Positions 43,131 to 51,482 of a stretch of DNA of 54,968 bases are shown here, piece after piece. A model generated the notes under the pieces. The model was given only the letters and a program-made list of their open reading frames with translations. It did not search any database and was not told where the DNA came from. The position numbers and the translations under genes were made by a program. The stretch is from the IMG/VR virus record IMGVR_UViG_3300014167_000001, positions 1 to 54,968 of that record; one strand, given 5' to 3'. Position 1 is the first letter of the stretch. Each line of letters starts with the position of its first letter. This DNA is from a virus. Taxonomy: Duplodnaviria; Caudoviricetes.

Positions 43131-43616
43131 ATGGCGACCAAGCACTCGGCCTCTTTCGACGGGATCCAGTTCAAGCGTGTGAGCCAGAACCGCGTGTACC
43201 CCTTCCTCGTCGTCGTCGAAGTCGACGTCGCCGCTGATCGCGAGCGCACCGAGCGCGACGCGCGTTGTGACTACCGCCTGAACCTTGACTACTACAAGGC
43301 GAAGGCCGCTGGTAGCGTCCGGTACCTCGGTAAGAATTCGTGGGAGAACGACGAGGCGTACGAAGTGCGCCGCTCGGGCGAGATTGAGAGGGCGCAGGGC
43401 TGGCTAGACACGGGCGAGGAAGGCGCGGTCGCCCGCGCGCTCGCCGAGTTCGACGCGCGCCTCGCGCTCGCGCAGAACCTGAGCAGCGACGGCAAGCGGT
43501 TCATCGGCGAAGCCGGCTGGTGCTCGCGCCCGGACCTCGCGCAGAAGCTGCGCAACAGCTCGCTCGCGAAGGGCTACTACTGCCGCGCCCACGTCGTCCC
43601 GACCGTCATCGCTTGA
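43131..43616 (+). CDS. Hypothetical early protein
   Basis: 161 aa, own promoter and RBS. Confidence 0.75.
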   Translation: MATKHSASFDGIQFKRVSQNRVYPFLVVVEVDVAADRERTERDARCDYRLNLDYYKAKAAGSVRYLGKNSWENDEAYEVRRSGEIERAQGWLDTGEEGAVARALAEFDARLALAQNLSSDGKRFIGEAGWCSRPDLAQKLRNSSLAKGYYCRAHVVPTVIA

Positions 43617-43674
43617 CACCTCACCCGGGGCGGATGCTAGGATCCGCCCCGATCCTAACCACGAACCACGGAGC
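43613..43674 (+). promoter_or_regulatory. Promoter with overlapping palindrome plus leader repeat
   Basis: TTGACA...TAGGAT; GGGGCGGAT-N6-ATCCGCCCC; TAACCACGAACCACGGAGC. Confidence 0.6.
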
Positions 43675-43682
43675 ACACAACT

Positions 43683-44033
43683 ATGCCCAAGCTTACTCAA
43701 TACCAGCGCGACGCGATCGACTTGATGCGCGCGCGGCTCGACCCCTCGCACCCCGGTTTCACTGGCGCGGAGTGTGTGCGCGACGCGCTCTCGTGCGCGC
43801 CGCCGTACGACAACGCCGGCCTCTACATCCGCTCGTGGGTTCTGCCGCTGCTCGACCTGATCGAGAACGGCGAGAGTTACCGCGGCGAGGCGCAGAGCGT
43901 CGCGTTCGACGCGGCGCGCGCCAATGCCGCGAAGCGCAACGCGGAACTGGTGGCCGCCAGCTCCCGGGCCCGCGCGGAGGCCGCACAGCGCGACTACGAG
44001 GACATCTGCTTCGGTCGCGAGGTGCGGTCATGA
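43683..44033 (+). CDS. Hypothetical early protein
   Basis: 116 aa, GGAG RBS. Confidence 0.7.
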   Translation: MPKLTQYQRDAIDLMRARLDPSHPGFTGAECVRDALSCAPPYDNAGLYIRSWVLPLLDLIENGESYRGEAQSVAFDAARANAAKRNAELVAASSRARAEAAQRDYEDICFGREVRS

Positions 44034-44254
44034 TCGTCACGGCACGGCGCGAAGCCAAGGGCGCCAAGCGGCGCACGCTGGGCACTGTCGAGGTTCCGCC
44101 CTCGGGGCTCGACTTCGGCAAGGCCGAGACCGCGGACGGCACGCGGTACTTCATCGACTGGGCTGGCGAAGAGGAGAGCGTCACGCTGTCGCTCTCCGAG
44201 GCCGAGGCGAAGTACATCGTGGCGGCGCTGCAGCGCGCGCTGGGGAACACGTGA
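44030..44254 (+). CDS. Hypothetical protein
   Basis: MIVTARREAK...; GAGGTG RBS, ATGA overlap. Confidence 0.65.
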   Translation: MIVTARREAKGAKRRTLGTVEVPPSGLDFGKAETADGTRYFIDWAGEEESVTLSLSEAEAKYIVAALQRALGNT

Positions 44255-44466
44255 TGCACTACGTCCCGTGTCCCCGACCAATCGACGGCCGCCCGTGCGG
44301 TCGCTCGATGCCGTTCAATCACGAGTATTGCGGTTCGTGCACGCGCCGGCTGCGGATGGGGTTGCCACCCCTCCGCGACCGGCCGCTGCCCGAGCCCGTG
44401 CTCGACATCAAGCGGGCCGCACTCGTGGCGCTCGCGATCATTCTGTTCCTTCTACTGGTGAGGTGA
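44254..44466 (+). CDS. Small Cys-rich membrane-anchored protein
   Basis: C..P.....CG......YC..C and a C-terminal TM. Confidence 0.6.
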   Translation: MHYVPCPRPIDGRPCGRSMPFNHEYCGSCTRRLRMGLPPLRDRPLPEPVLDIKRAALVALAIILFLLLVR

Positions 44467-44469
44467 CCT

Positions 44470-45234
44470 ATGGTTGGACCGACGAAGGTGGGCCCGTATC
44501 TCGTGCACGTCGAGGATGCGCAGATCGTCGCGACGCTGCTTGATAAAGTGACGAAGGTCGAACGGATGTTGGAGGTCGAGCGCCACGTCGGCGCCTTGAA
44601 ACTTCAGCGTATCCAAGAAGTCGCGGCCGAGCGGGACGCAGCGCTGAAGGACGCGGCTAGCGCGCAGCGTTCGCTGCAGACCGAGGCGAAGGCGCACGCC
44701 GACGCGATCGCGCAGCGCGACGCTGCGAATGCCGAGGCGCACCGCGTGATCAAGCTGAACAAAGAGGCGAACGCGGTCATCTCAAAGCAGAGCCGGGCGC
44801 TCGATGATCGCGACCGGGAGATCCGCGCATTGCATGAACGGCTCGATGACCTGAACAACCGCACGCCGCGGGCGCCGTTCATCGTCATCGACGAGAGCAC
44901 GGCGCTCAAGTGCCAGTTCCCGGGACCGATGGACATCATGCCGCGCGTCTACTCTCACGAGGACGTGCGCCACACAACGCCGTTCGAGCGCGAGATCCTG
45001 ACGCACTACTTCACGACGTCCGAGAGCATGTTCCGTGCGGGCGATCGCGACGCGCGCTCGAATCTCCTGCTGCACAAGATCGAGCAGCGCTTCACCCGCA
45101 AGGGGTTGCTCCGCTACGACATCAACGTCGATGAGATCCGCGGCGTGCCCGAAGCGCTCGAAGTCTACATGGCCGCACTGGCGGCGGTGCCGCTGCCGGT
45201 GAAGACCGAGAAGTGGGAGGTGCCTAGCAACTAA
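44470..45234 (+). CDS. Coiled-coil hypothetical protein
   Basis: 254 aa, GAGGTG RBS, heptad-rich N-half. Confidence 0.75.
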   Translation: MVGPTKVGPYLVHVEDAQIVATLLDKVTKVERMLEVERHVGALKLQRIQEVAAERDAALKDAASAQRSLQTEAKAHADAIAQRDAANAEAHRVIKLNKEANAVISKQSRALDDRDREIRALHERLDDLNNRTPRAPFIVIDESTALKCQFPGPMDIMPRVYSHEDVRHTTPFEREILTHYFTTSESMFRAGDRDARSNLLLHKIEQRFTRKGLLRYDINVDEIRGVPEALEVYMAALAAVPLPVKTEKWEVPSN

Positions 45235-45273
45235 GCGTCGATCGGCTACCTCAACCACACTCTGGAGAATCAC

Positions 45274-45732
45274 ATGGCACGGACACTGACGACGGCGGCG
45301 ATCAAGCGGAATGGCGCGTGCGAAGGTCAGCTCAACAAGTGGAAGCTGATGTTCGGCGCCGGGCACAAGATCACCGAGGACTTCTGCGTTCAGCTCGCCG
45401 AGGTCTTCTGCTGGCAATGGTGCATCTACAACATGCTGAAGGACACGGCACGTCACGGCGCGATGCGCGAACTGATCGCGTCGGGCGTGGTGCACCAGCG
45501 GGAGCATCTCGACGCGATTACGCAGCGCAAGCAGGCCGCGGAGCAGTTCTTCGCGACTAACCGGACGATGGCTTTGCCCGTCTCGGACATCGACGCGGCG
45601 TCGCGCATCCGGTCAATCGGGCGCGCCGAGCAGTCCGCGCTCGAAGCGCTCGACCGCATGCAGCGGGAGCGGGTGGCGCGGATCTTCGCCCGGTACTTCA
45701 ACGCGCCCCTGAAGGCGAAGACTCGTAAGTGA
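45274..45732 (+). CDS. Hypothetical protein
   Basis: 152 aa, GGAG RBS, N-terminal GAC..Q...W...F pattern. Confidence 0.7.
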   Translation: MARTLTTAAIKRNGACEGQLNKWKLMFGAGHKITEDFCVQLAEVFCWQWCIYNMLKDTARHGAMRELIASGVVHQREHLDAITQRKQAAEQFFATNRTMALPVSDIDAASRIRSIGRAEQSALEALDRMQRERVARIFARYFNAPLKAKTRK

Positions 45733-45826
45733 TTGATTCGGCGGGGCCTATTTTGCCGGTTGACGCCAGCGCGGCGCTCTGGTCAAATAGGCCCCGTACC
45801 GAAACCACTGACCACGAGGCACGGCC

Positions 45827-47293
45827 ATGATTCCTTCCCCCTACCAGCAGGCGATCTACGCTTTCGTCGAGGATGAGAGCGCGGGCAACGCGATCGTCGA
45901 GGCAGTCGCCGGTTCCGGCAAGACGACCACGCTCGTCGAGGCGATCCGCCGCGTGCCGTTCGGCGCGAGCGCGATCTTCCTCGCCTTCGGCAAGGCGATC
46001 CAGACCGAGCTGGAGAAGCGCGGCGTCAACGCCCGCACCTTCCACAGCCTCTGCTACAGCCCGGTGCTCCGCGCCCGCGGCGCCAAGCAGGCCGAGTCGA
46101 ACAAGTTGCGCATCCTGATCGACGAGGCCGTCGACCACGGTGCGCTCGAAGACATCGAGCGCCGCATGTACGGCGCCTTCGCGGACCGTCTGGTACGCCT
46201 CGCGCGGCAGGCCGGCATCGGTTGCCTGATCGAGGACACCGAGCAGAACTGGTCCGACATCGCCGAGCACCACGCGCTCGAACTCGACAACGACCGCGCC
46301 GAGTGGGGCCGCGCGATCGCGATCGCCCGCGCGCTGCTCGAAACGTCGAACGCCTCCGCGATGGTGGACTTCGACGACATGCTCTACTTCGCGGTCAAGG
46401 ACGGCATCAGCCTCCCGAAGTTCGACGTGATCTTCGTCGACGAGGCGCAGGACACGAACGCGATCCAGCGCGCGATCCTCCGCAAGATCATGAAGCCCGG
46501 CTCGCGCGTCATCGCGGTCGGCGACCCGGCGCAGGCGATCTATGGCTTCCGCGGCGCCGACTCGAACTCGATGAACCTGATCGCCGAGGAGTTCAACTGC
46601 AAGCGCCTGCCGCTCACCGTCAGCTACCGCTGCCCGCAGGCGGTCGTGAAGTTCGCCCAGCAGTGGGTGTCGCACATCGAGCCGGCCGAGGGCGCCGCCG
46701 AGGGTTCGGTCGCGTTCAAGGGCGACCAGTTCAAGGTCGAGGACTTCGTCGCGGGCGACCTGATCGTCTGCCGCACCACGAAGCCGCTGGTGAGCCTCGC
46801 GTACCGCTGCATGAAGTCGCGCATCCCGGCGAAGATCATGGGCCGCGAGATCGGCGCCGGCCTCGCCTCGCTGATCAAGAAGCTGAACGCGAAGGGTATC
46901 GACGCGCTGGCCGAGCGGCTGCAGGTGTACACGAACCGCGAGGTGGAGAAGGCGATCGCGAAGAAGCAGGAAGCCAAGGCCGAGGCCGCGCAGGACCGGT
47001 GCGACGCGATCATGTTCCTGATCGCCTCGCTGCAGGAGACCAACCGCACGGTGCCGGCGCTGCTCGCGCTGATCGAGAGCCTCTTCTCCGACGCGGTCGC
47101 CTCGGTGACGCTCGCCACGATCCACAAGGCGAAGGGTCTGGAGGCCGCCCGGGTGTACTGGCTCAACAGCTCGCAGTGCCCGTCGAAGTGGGCGAAGCAG
47201 GAGTGGCAGGTGCAGCAGGAGATGAACCTCTGCTACGTCGCCGCGACGCGCGCGAAGTCCGAACTCATCCTGATCGAGGAGACACGCAAGTGA
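45827..47293 (+). CDS. UvrD/Rep-like superfamily 1 helicase
   Basis: AVAGSGKT, TFHS, DFDDM, VDEAQD, VGDPAQAIYGFRGA, SYRC, TIHKAKGLE, YVAATRA. Confidence 0.95.
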   Translation: MIPSPYQQAIYAFVEDESAGNAIVEAVAGSGKTTTLVEAIRRVPFGASAIFLAFGKAIQTELEKRGVNARTFHSLCYSPVLRARGAKQAESNKLRILIDEAVDHGALEDIERRMYGAFADRLVRLARQAGIGCLIEDTEQNWSDIAEHHALELDNDRAEWGRAIAIARALLETSNASAMVDFDDMLYFAVKDGISLPKFDVIFVDEAQDTNAIQRAILRKIMKPGSRVIAVGDPAQAIYGFRGADSNSMNLIAEEFNCKRLPLTVSYRCPQAVVKFAQQWVSHIEPAEGAAEGSVAFKGDQFKVEDFVAGDLIVCRTTKPLVSLAYRCMKSRIPAKIMGREIGAGLASLIKKLNAKGIDALAERLQVYTNREVEKAIAKKQEAKAEAAQDRCDAIMFLIASLQETNRTVPALLALIESLFSDAVASVTLATIHKAKGLEAARVYWLNSSQCPSKWAKQEWQVQQEMNLCYVAATRAKSELILIEETRK

Positions 47294-47532
47294 GCCCCGA
47301 CCGCTGGCCCCTTCACTACCGTGAGGCCGTGCGCGGCCTCCGGTCCGCCCGCCGGCAGGCGACCGCCAAGCGTCGCGCCGCGATCGAGCGCGACAAGGAT
47401 CTCATGGGCGGCCTGAACCGGATCGTGTTCATCGCGAACGACGTCATGCGCGACAGCGACTGCCCGATCGCGCTGGAGTCGATCCGCGAAGTCGCCAACA
47501 CGCTGATCAACCGCCACGGGAGAAAGTCATGA
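47290..47532 (+). CDS. Hypothetical protein
   Basis: GTG start overlapping the helicase stop; MSPDRWPLHY... Confidence 0.55.
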   Translation: MSPDRWPLHYREAVRGLRSARRQATAKRRAAIERDKDLMGGLNRIVFIANDVMRDSDCPIALESIREVANTLINRHGRKS

Positions 47533-47780
47533 TCGTCAAGTGCCCCATCTGCCACACGCAGTACAACCGCGACCTGCACCCGCTGCGCTGCCCGACGTGC
47601 GCGGCGCGCAAGCGTGAAGAGGACAGCGCCAGCGACGACACGCTGTCGACGAACCTCGCGCTCGCGAGCACGCTCAGCTCTGCGCTCAGTGTCGCCGACA
47701 CGTCGTCCGCGCTCTCCACGCCCGACTTCTCGGGTGGCGGCGGATCGTTCGACGGCGGCGGCGCCTCGGGGAGCTGGTGA
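47529..47780 (+). CDS. Zn-finger protein with Gly-rich GGGASGSW tail
   Basis: CPIC...CPTC; C-terminal DFSGGGGSFDGGGASGSW. Confidence 0.7.
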   Translation: MIVKCPICHTQYNRDLHPLRCPTCAARKREEDSASDDTLSTNLALASTLSSALSVADTSSALSTPDFSGGGGSFDGGGASGSW

Positions 47781-48631
47781 TGATCCGCGCCGCCGTCTAC
47801 GCCCGCTACTCCACCACGGAGCAACGCGAGGCATCCATCGAGGACCAGTTTCGCGGTTGTGAACGTTTGGCGCTCGCAAACAATCTGACGGTCGTGGCGC
47901 GGTTCGAGGACCGCGGCATCTCCGGCGGTACCTCAGAGCGCCCCGGCTATCAGTCGCTTCTCCAAACAGCGCGAGCCGGCACGTACGAGGTAATTCTGGT
48001 CGAGGACTTCAGCCGGCTGTGGCGCAACCGGTCCGAGAGCGGCCAGCGCTCGGCCGAGCTGGAAGACCTCGGCATCAATGTCCTGACGTGCGTCGGCGAC
48101 GACACGCGCCGGGACGGCTGGGGGCTCGTCTTCCAGATCAAGGCGGCGCTGGCCGAGCACCAGCGGCGCGAGATCAGCTACCGCACCAGACGGGGCATGG
48201 AAGGCCGCGCGCTGGCCGGCGCCAGCACCGGGGGCCGAGCCTATGGCTATGCGAGCCCCGGGGTCGTCAGCCCGTCTGAGGCCGCCGTAGTGCGTCGGAT
48301 CTATGAAGCCTACGCCGGTGGCCTGACCACGGCCGGGGTGGCGGCCGAACTTAACAGAACGGGGGTTCCGGCGCCTCGGGGCGGAGTCTGGTACCCGGCA
48401 ACCGTCTGGGGCATCCTCCAGAACGCCCGGTACCGCGGGCTGGTCTCGTGGGGCGGGTCGGTGTCCAAGCACTCGGCCGCCGACAGTGCCCGTACGCGCC
48501 GCCTAATGCGGCCACAGGACGCCATCGCCCGGGAGGCCCCGGAGCTGGCGATCGTGCCCCCGGAGCTGTGGCAGCGGGTGGCCGGGGAACGCTCACGGAG
48601 GGGTTGCATGGCGGTCGGGGCTTCGGTATAG
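47777..48631 (+). CDS. Serine recombinase/integrase (catalytic plus recombinase domains, no Zn ribbon)
   Basis: YARYST catalytic Ser, SIEDQ, D.GISG, RPG, SRLWR, YGY, EAAVVRRIY, W....V..IL.N.RYRG, AIV..ELW. Confidence 0.88.
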   Translation: MMIRAAVYARYSTTEQREASIEDQFRGCERLALANNLTVVARFEDRGISGGTSERPGYQSLLQTARAGTYEVILVEDFSRLWRNRSESGQRSAELEDLGINVLTCVGDDTRRDGWGLVFQIKAALAEHQRREISYRTRRGMEGRALAGASTGGRAYGYASPGVVSPSEAAVVRRIYEAYAGGLTTAGVAAELNRTGVPAPRGGVWYPATVWGILQNARYRGLVSWGGSVSKHSAADSARTRRLMRPQDAIAREAPELAIVPPELWQRVAGERSRRGCMAVGASV

Positions 48632-48667
48632 TTGGGCCGTCGAGATCGAAACCACGAACCACGGAGC
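48604..48667 (+). promoter_or_regulatory. Sigma70 promoter plus AACCACGAACCACGGAG leader
   Basis: TTGCAT-17-TATAGT; leader repeat at 48650-48666. Confidence 0.7.
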
Positions 48668-48672
48668 AAGTC

Positions 48673-49008
48673 ATGGCCCTCCCCAACGTCCTCGCCATCT
48701 ACGATCGCACCCCTGATCAGGTGATGATGGGTTGCATGTCTGCCGAGCTGAACTTCGACGGCACGAAGAACGAAGGTCGCTGGATCGCTATCGAGATTCT
48801 CGACGGCATTTGCGCGAACCGCACGGGCTTCGCGAAGTTCGTTGATCTCTTGAACGCCGCCGGCAACTACCGCCCGACGATCCGCTACGGCAAGTACGCG
48901 CCGCGCGGTCAGGGTCGCGTCGGCAACGCGGAGATGAAGCTGTTAGCCGATTGCTACGACTACTTCATGAAGGCGCGGGGCGACTCGCGCCGCGCGTTTC
49001 GCGGGTGA
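48673..49008 (+). CDS. Hypothetical early protein
   Basis: MALPNVLAIY...; own promoter and RBS. Confidence 0.7.
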   Translation: MALPNVLAIYDRTPDQVMMGCMSAELNFDGTKNEGRWIAIEILDGICANRTGFAKFVDLLNAAGNYRPTIRYGKYAPRGQGRVGNAEMKLLADCYDYFMKARGDSRRAFRG

Positions 49009-49013
49009 GCGTC

Positions 49014-49262
49014 ATGGGCTGGCAAACCGAAGAGGATCTCGACATCACGATTGCGGCTATGGTCCGCGGCGTCCTGCATGAGCAGGATCCCGTGACGTGG
49101 CCGCACGACTCGCTGGTCGTGCTCACCGCGATGGTCAACGGCGACCGTCGCGACGCGGGCCAGAGCGTCGCGCGCGGCGCGGCCCGCGCGGCCTCCGCCC
49201 GGATCGCCCAGTTCCACGAGATGGAGCCCTTCAACCTCCTCCACCCGAACGCTGTCTACTAA
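49014..49262 (+). CDS. Hypothetical protein
   Basis: MGWQTEEDLD...; the start may be GTG 49005. Confidence 0.55.
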   Translation: MGWQTEEDLDITIAAMVRGVLHEQDPVTWPHDSLVVLTAMVNGDRRDAGQSVARGAARAASARIAQFHEMEPFNLLHPNAVY

Positions 49263-49279
49263 CCACGGAGCAACCGACC

Positions 49280-49453
49280 ATGTCCTCACAGAACCAGCAC
49301 GCCGAACTCTGCCAGATGCAGAACGTCCGCACCTCGAAGGCCGCGAATCGCGCCTTCCGCCAGAACCGTTTCGTGCGCCCGAGCGGCCGCCCGATGACGG
49401 GCGTCGACATCACCTACCTCGGCTGCTTCCGCAGCTCGGGGAGGAAGTCGTGA
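49280..49453 (+). CDS. Hypothetical small protein
   Basis: Preceded by the TAACCACGGAG leader. Confidence 0.6.
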   Translation: MSSQNQHAELCQMQNVRTSKAANRAFRQNRFVRPSGRPMTGVDITYLGCFRSSGRKS

Positions 49454-49764
49454 CCTCCGCGCGCGTCCCGGGCGAAGTGATCCGCTGCCGGGCGATCGTC
49501 CCGGTGCCGGGCAAGGTCCACACGGTCCGCTGCCCGGGGCGTGCGGTTCACCACGGTTTGTGCGCGGTGCATACGGAACCGCCACGCGCCGTTACTACGC
49601 ACGGAAGCCTCGTGCCGATCGTAGCCGCCGCGCTCGCGCTGGCGCTCGGCGCCTGCGGCACCGTGCCGATCGGCCCGAGCACGCACGCCGGCACCTGCCC
49701 CAACGGCAAGCCGCCGAGCTGCAGCTACGGCGGCTTCGGTTGCGCCAAGCCGTACTGCCCGTGA
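49450..49764 (+). CDS. Cys-rich protein with internal lipobox-like segment
   Basis: IVAAALALALGAC then a Cys-rich tail. Confidence 0.5.
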   Translation: MTSARVPGEVIRCRAIVPVPGKVHTVRCPGRAVHHGLCAVHTEPPRAVTTHGSLVPIVAAALALALGACGTVPIGPSTHAGTCPNGKPPSCSYGGFGCAKPYCP

Positions 49765-49788
49765 CCAGTAACTCAATAGCCGTGTGAG

Positions 49789-50034
49789 ATGAGACCAGTC
49801 GTCGACCCGCAGAAACTCTTTAACTGGGCCGCGAAGCGCCAAGGCGCCGCGCCCGGCGAGGAGGCGAAGCTGAAGCAGGCCGCGGCGCATTTCGGCGTCC
49901 CGATGACGTCAATCGAGGACGCGGTCGAAGCGTACAACGGTGACGGCTACCTCGGCATCGCAACGGCGGTGCGCGTCGGTACCGGGTACTACAAGCTGCA
50001 CCGGAACGCGCATATCATCGAGGCGTACAAGTGA
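49789..50034 (+). CDS. Hypothetical protein (possible HTH)
   Basis: LKQAAAHFGVPMTSIEDAV. Confidence 0.6.
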   Translation: MRPVVDPQKLFNWAAKRQGAAPGEEAKLKQAAAHFGVPMTSIEDAVEAYNGDGYLGIATAVRVGTGYYKLHRNAHIIEAYK

Positions 50035-50219
50035 AGTCGCCACGGTTCAGCATGACGCGCAAGCGTCGCTCTCCGCTCGGCGACACGATCACGAACACGG
50101 TGACGGTCGAGCGCCATCCGACGCACTTGCGCACGGTGTACGAAGCCGTTACGATCGAGTTCCCTATTCAACTTGAACCCGACTCAAAACACCGGGAGGG
50201 CCGGACATGGATTACCTGA
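50031..50219 (+). CDS. Hypothetical protein
   Basis: Translationally coupled overlaps. Confidence 0.5.
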   Translation: MKSPRFSMTRKRRSPLGDTITNTVTVERHPTHLRTVYEAVTIEFPIQLEPDSKHREGRTWIT

Positions 50220-50458
50220 ACAACGACGAGTTGCAACGACTGCGCGAGAAGAACATCGAGCCGTTCTACGAAGTCATCATCGGGCTGGTGCTCGTGTTCT
50301 GCGCGACGCTCGCCTTCGCGCTGGCGACAGCGCCGAACCTGCCGAAGCTGCCCCCGAAGCCCGAGGCGCGCTCGAAGGTGCACGAGCTGCCCAGCGTCGA
50401 AGTCGACGGCTCCCGCCAGCCGCGCGTCGTCCACATTCCCCGCGATCGCGCGGAGTAG
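50207..50458 (+). CDS. Single-TM membrane protein
   Basis: GGAGG RBS; hydrophobic VIIGLVLVFCATLAFALA. Confidence 0.65.
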   Translation: MDYLNNDELQRLREKNIEPFYEVIIGLVLVFCATLAFALATAPNLPKLPPKPEARSKVHELPSVEVDGSRQPRVVHIPRDRAE

Positions 50459-50486
50459 TTGCAACCGTCTCGAAACCTGATAGGAT
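50459..50486 (+). promoter_or_regulatory. Sigma70-like promoter
   Basis: TTGCAA-16-TAGGAT. Confidence 0.5.
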
Positions 50487-50495
50487 GCCTGACCC

Positions 50496-50789
50496 ATGAC
50501 AGACGAAGCACAGACCACGCCCCCGGCCGCCGAGCAGCAACAGCTCTCGAACTGGACGTGCGAGCACAGCGAGTCGGAGCATGACGCCGAGGCGAAGCGG
50601 ACCATGATCGCCTACGTCCTCCGGCACCGCGACACCGGGCACGAATTCTTCGTGAGCATCGCCGGCCCGTCCGAGGCGCAAGTCGCCCGGTACATCGAGG
50701 CGTTCATGGGCGCGGCTCACGCCACATCAATTGCTGCGGGAGGCACCGGGATCCCCGGGGCGCTGACCGCGGTCGGACGCGATCACTAA
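50496..50789 (+). CDS. Hypothetical protein
   Basis: 97-aa ORF with genome-like codon usage. Confidence 0.6.
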   Translation: MTDEAQTTPPAAEQQQLSNWTCEHSESEHDAEAKRTMIAYVLRHRDTGHEFFVSIAGPSEAQVARYIEAFMGAAHATSIAAGGTGIPGALTAVGRDH

Positions 50790-50807
50790 CCACGACTGGA
50801 GAAGTCA

Positions 50808-51212
50808 ATGTCACTCGAAGACGCACTCACTGCCCACACCGCCGCTGTCGAAGCCAACACGAAGGCGATCCTGACCGCACTCAGCACGCTCGCCGGTCAG
50901 GCGGTCGCGCCCGCTGCCCCGGCCGCGGCTGCAACCGCCGAAGCCAAGCCCGCGAAGGCCGCGAAGACGAAGGCCGCCGCGCCCGCCGCTGCAGCTCCCG
51001 TTGCCGCTGCCGGTCCCACCGCGAAGACCGTTACCGACACGCTCATGGCGATCGCGAAGACGAACCGCGCGGGCGTCACCGACTTGCTCAAGAAGTTCGG
51101 CGCCGAGCGGATCTCGGGGCTCAAGCCCGAGCAGTACGCTGAGGTGATGGCGGAGGCCGCGAAGCTGAGCGCGCCGGCCCAGACTGCGGCGGCCGAAGAC
51201 TCGTTGATCTAA
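50808..51212 (+). CDS. Ala-rich replication-module protein
   Basis: N-terminal helix, Ala/Pro linker, LLKKFGA..IS.LKPEQY domain usually found upstream of DUF2800. Confidence 0.75.
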   Translation: MSLEDALTAHTAAVEANTKAILTALSTLAGQAVAPAAPAAAATAEAKPAKAAKTKAAAPAAAAPVAAAGPTAKTVTDTLMAIAKTNRAGVTDLLKKFGAERISGLKPEQYAEVMAEAAKLSAPAQTAAAEDSLI

Positions 51213-51220
51213 CCGGTTCC

Positions 51221-51302
51221 TGAGTCGGGGCGGAGAGCGAAACCCATAGTGGCACGCGCGGTAAACGCGACAAACACGGGACAACTTCGCCGCCCCGACG
51301 CA
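51221..51302 (+). ncRNA. Long imperfect intergenic hairpin
   Basis: GTCGGGGCGG/CCGCCCCGAC outer stem with nested short stems. Confidence 0.4.
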
Positions 51303-51326
51303 GGGTCAACACAGGAGACACGAACC

Positions 51327-51482
51327 ATGCAACCGAGACCTGAGTGCAGATTGAACTTCGGCGACCCGATCAAACCCAAAGACGTGCGCGAGCGGCACAC
51401 GTTACCGGTCGATCGCCGCATCGCGCCGTCCACCGTCTGGCGAATCACCGAACGGGCCAAGGGGCCGAGGGATCTCAAGTGA
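51327..51482 (+). CDS. Hypothetical small protein
   Basis: AGGAG RBS; its stop overlaps the DUF2800 start. Confidence 0.5.
   Translation: MQPRPECRLNFGDPIKPKDVRERHTLPVDRRIAPSTVWRITERAKGPRDLK

Noticed and set aside
51219-51302. Hammerhead ribozyme or c-di-GMP riboswitch
   Set aside because: It has CTGAG and CGAAAC but not the CUGANGA core or the GEMM two-hairpin layout
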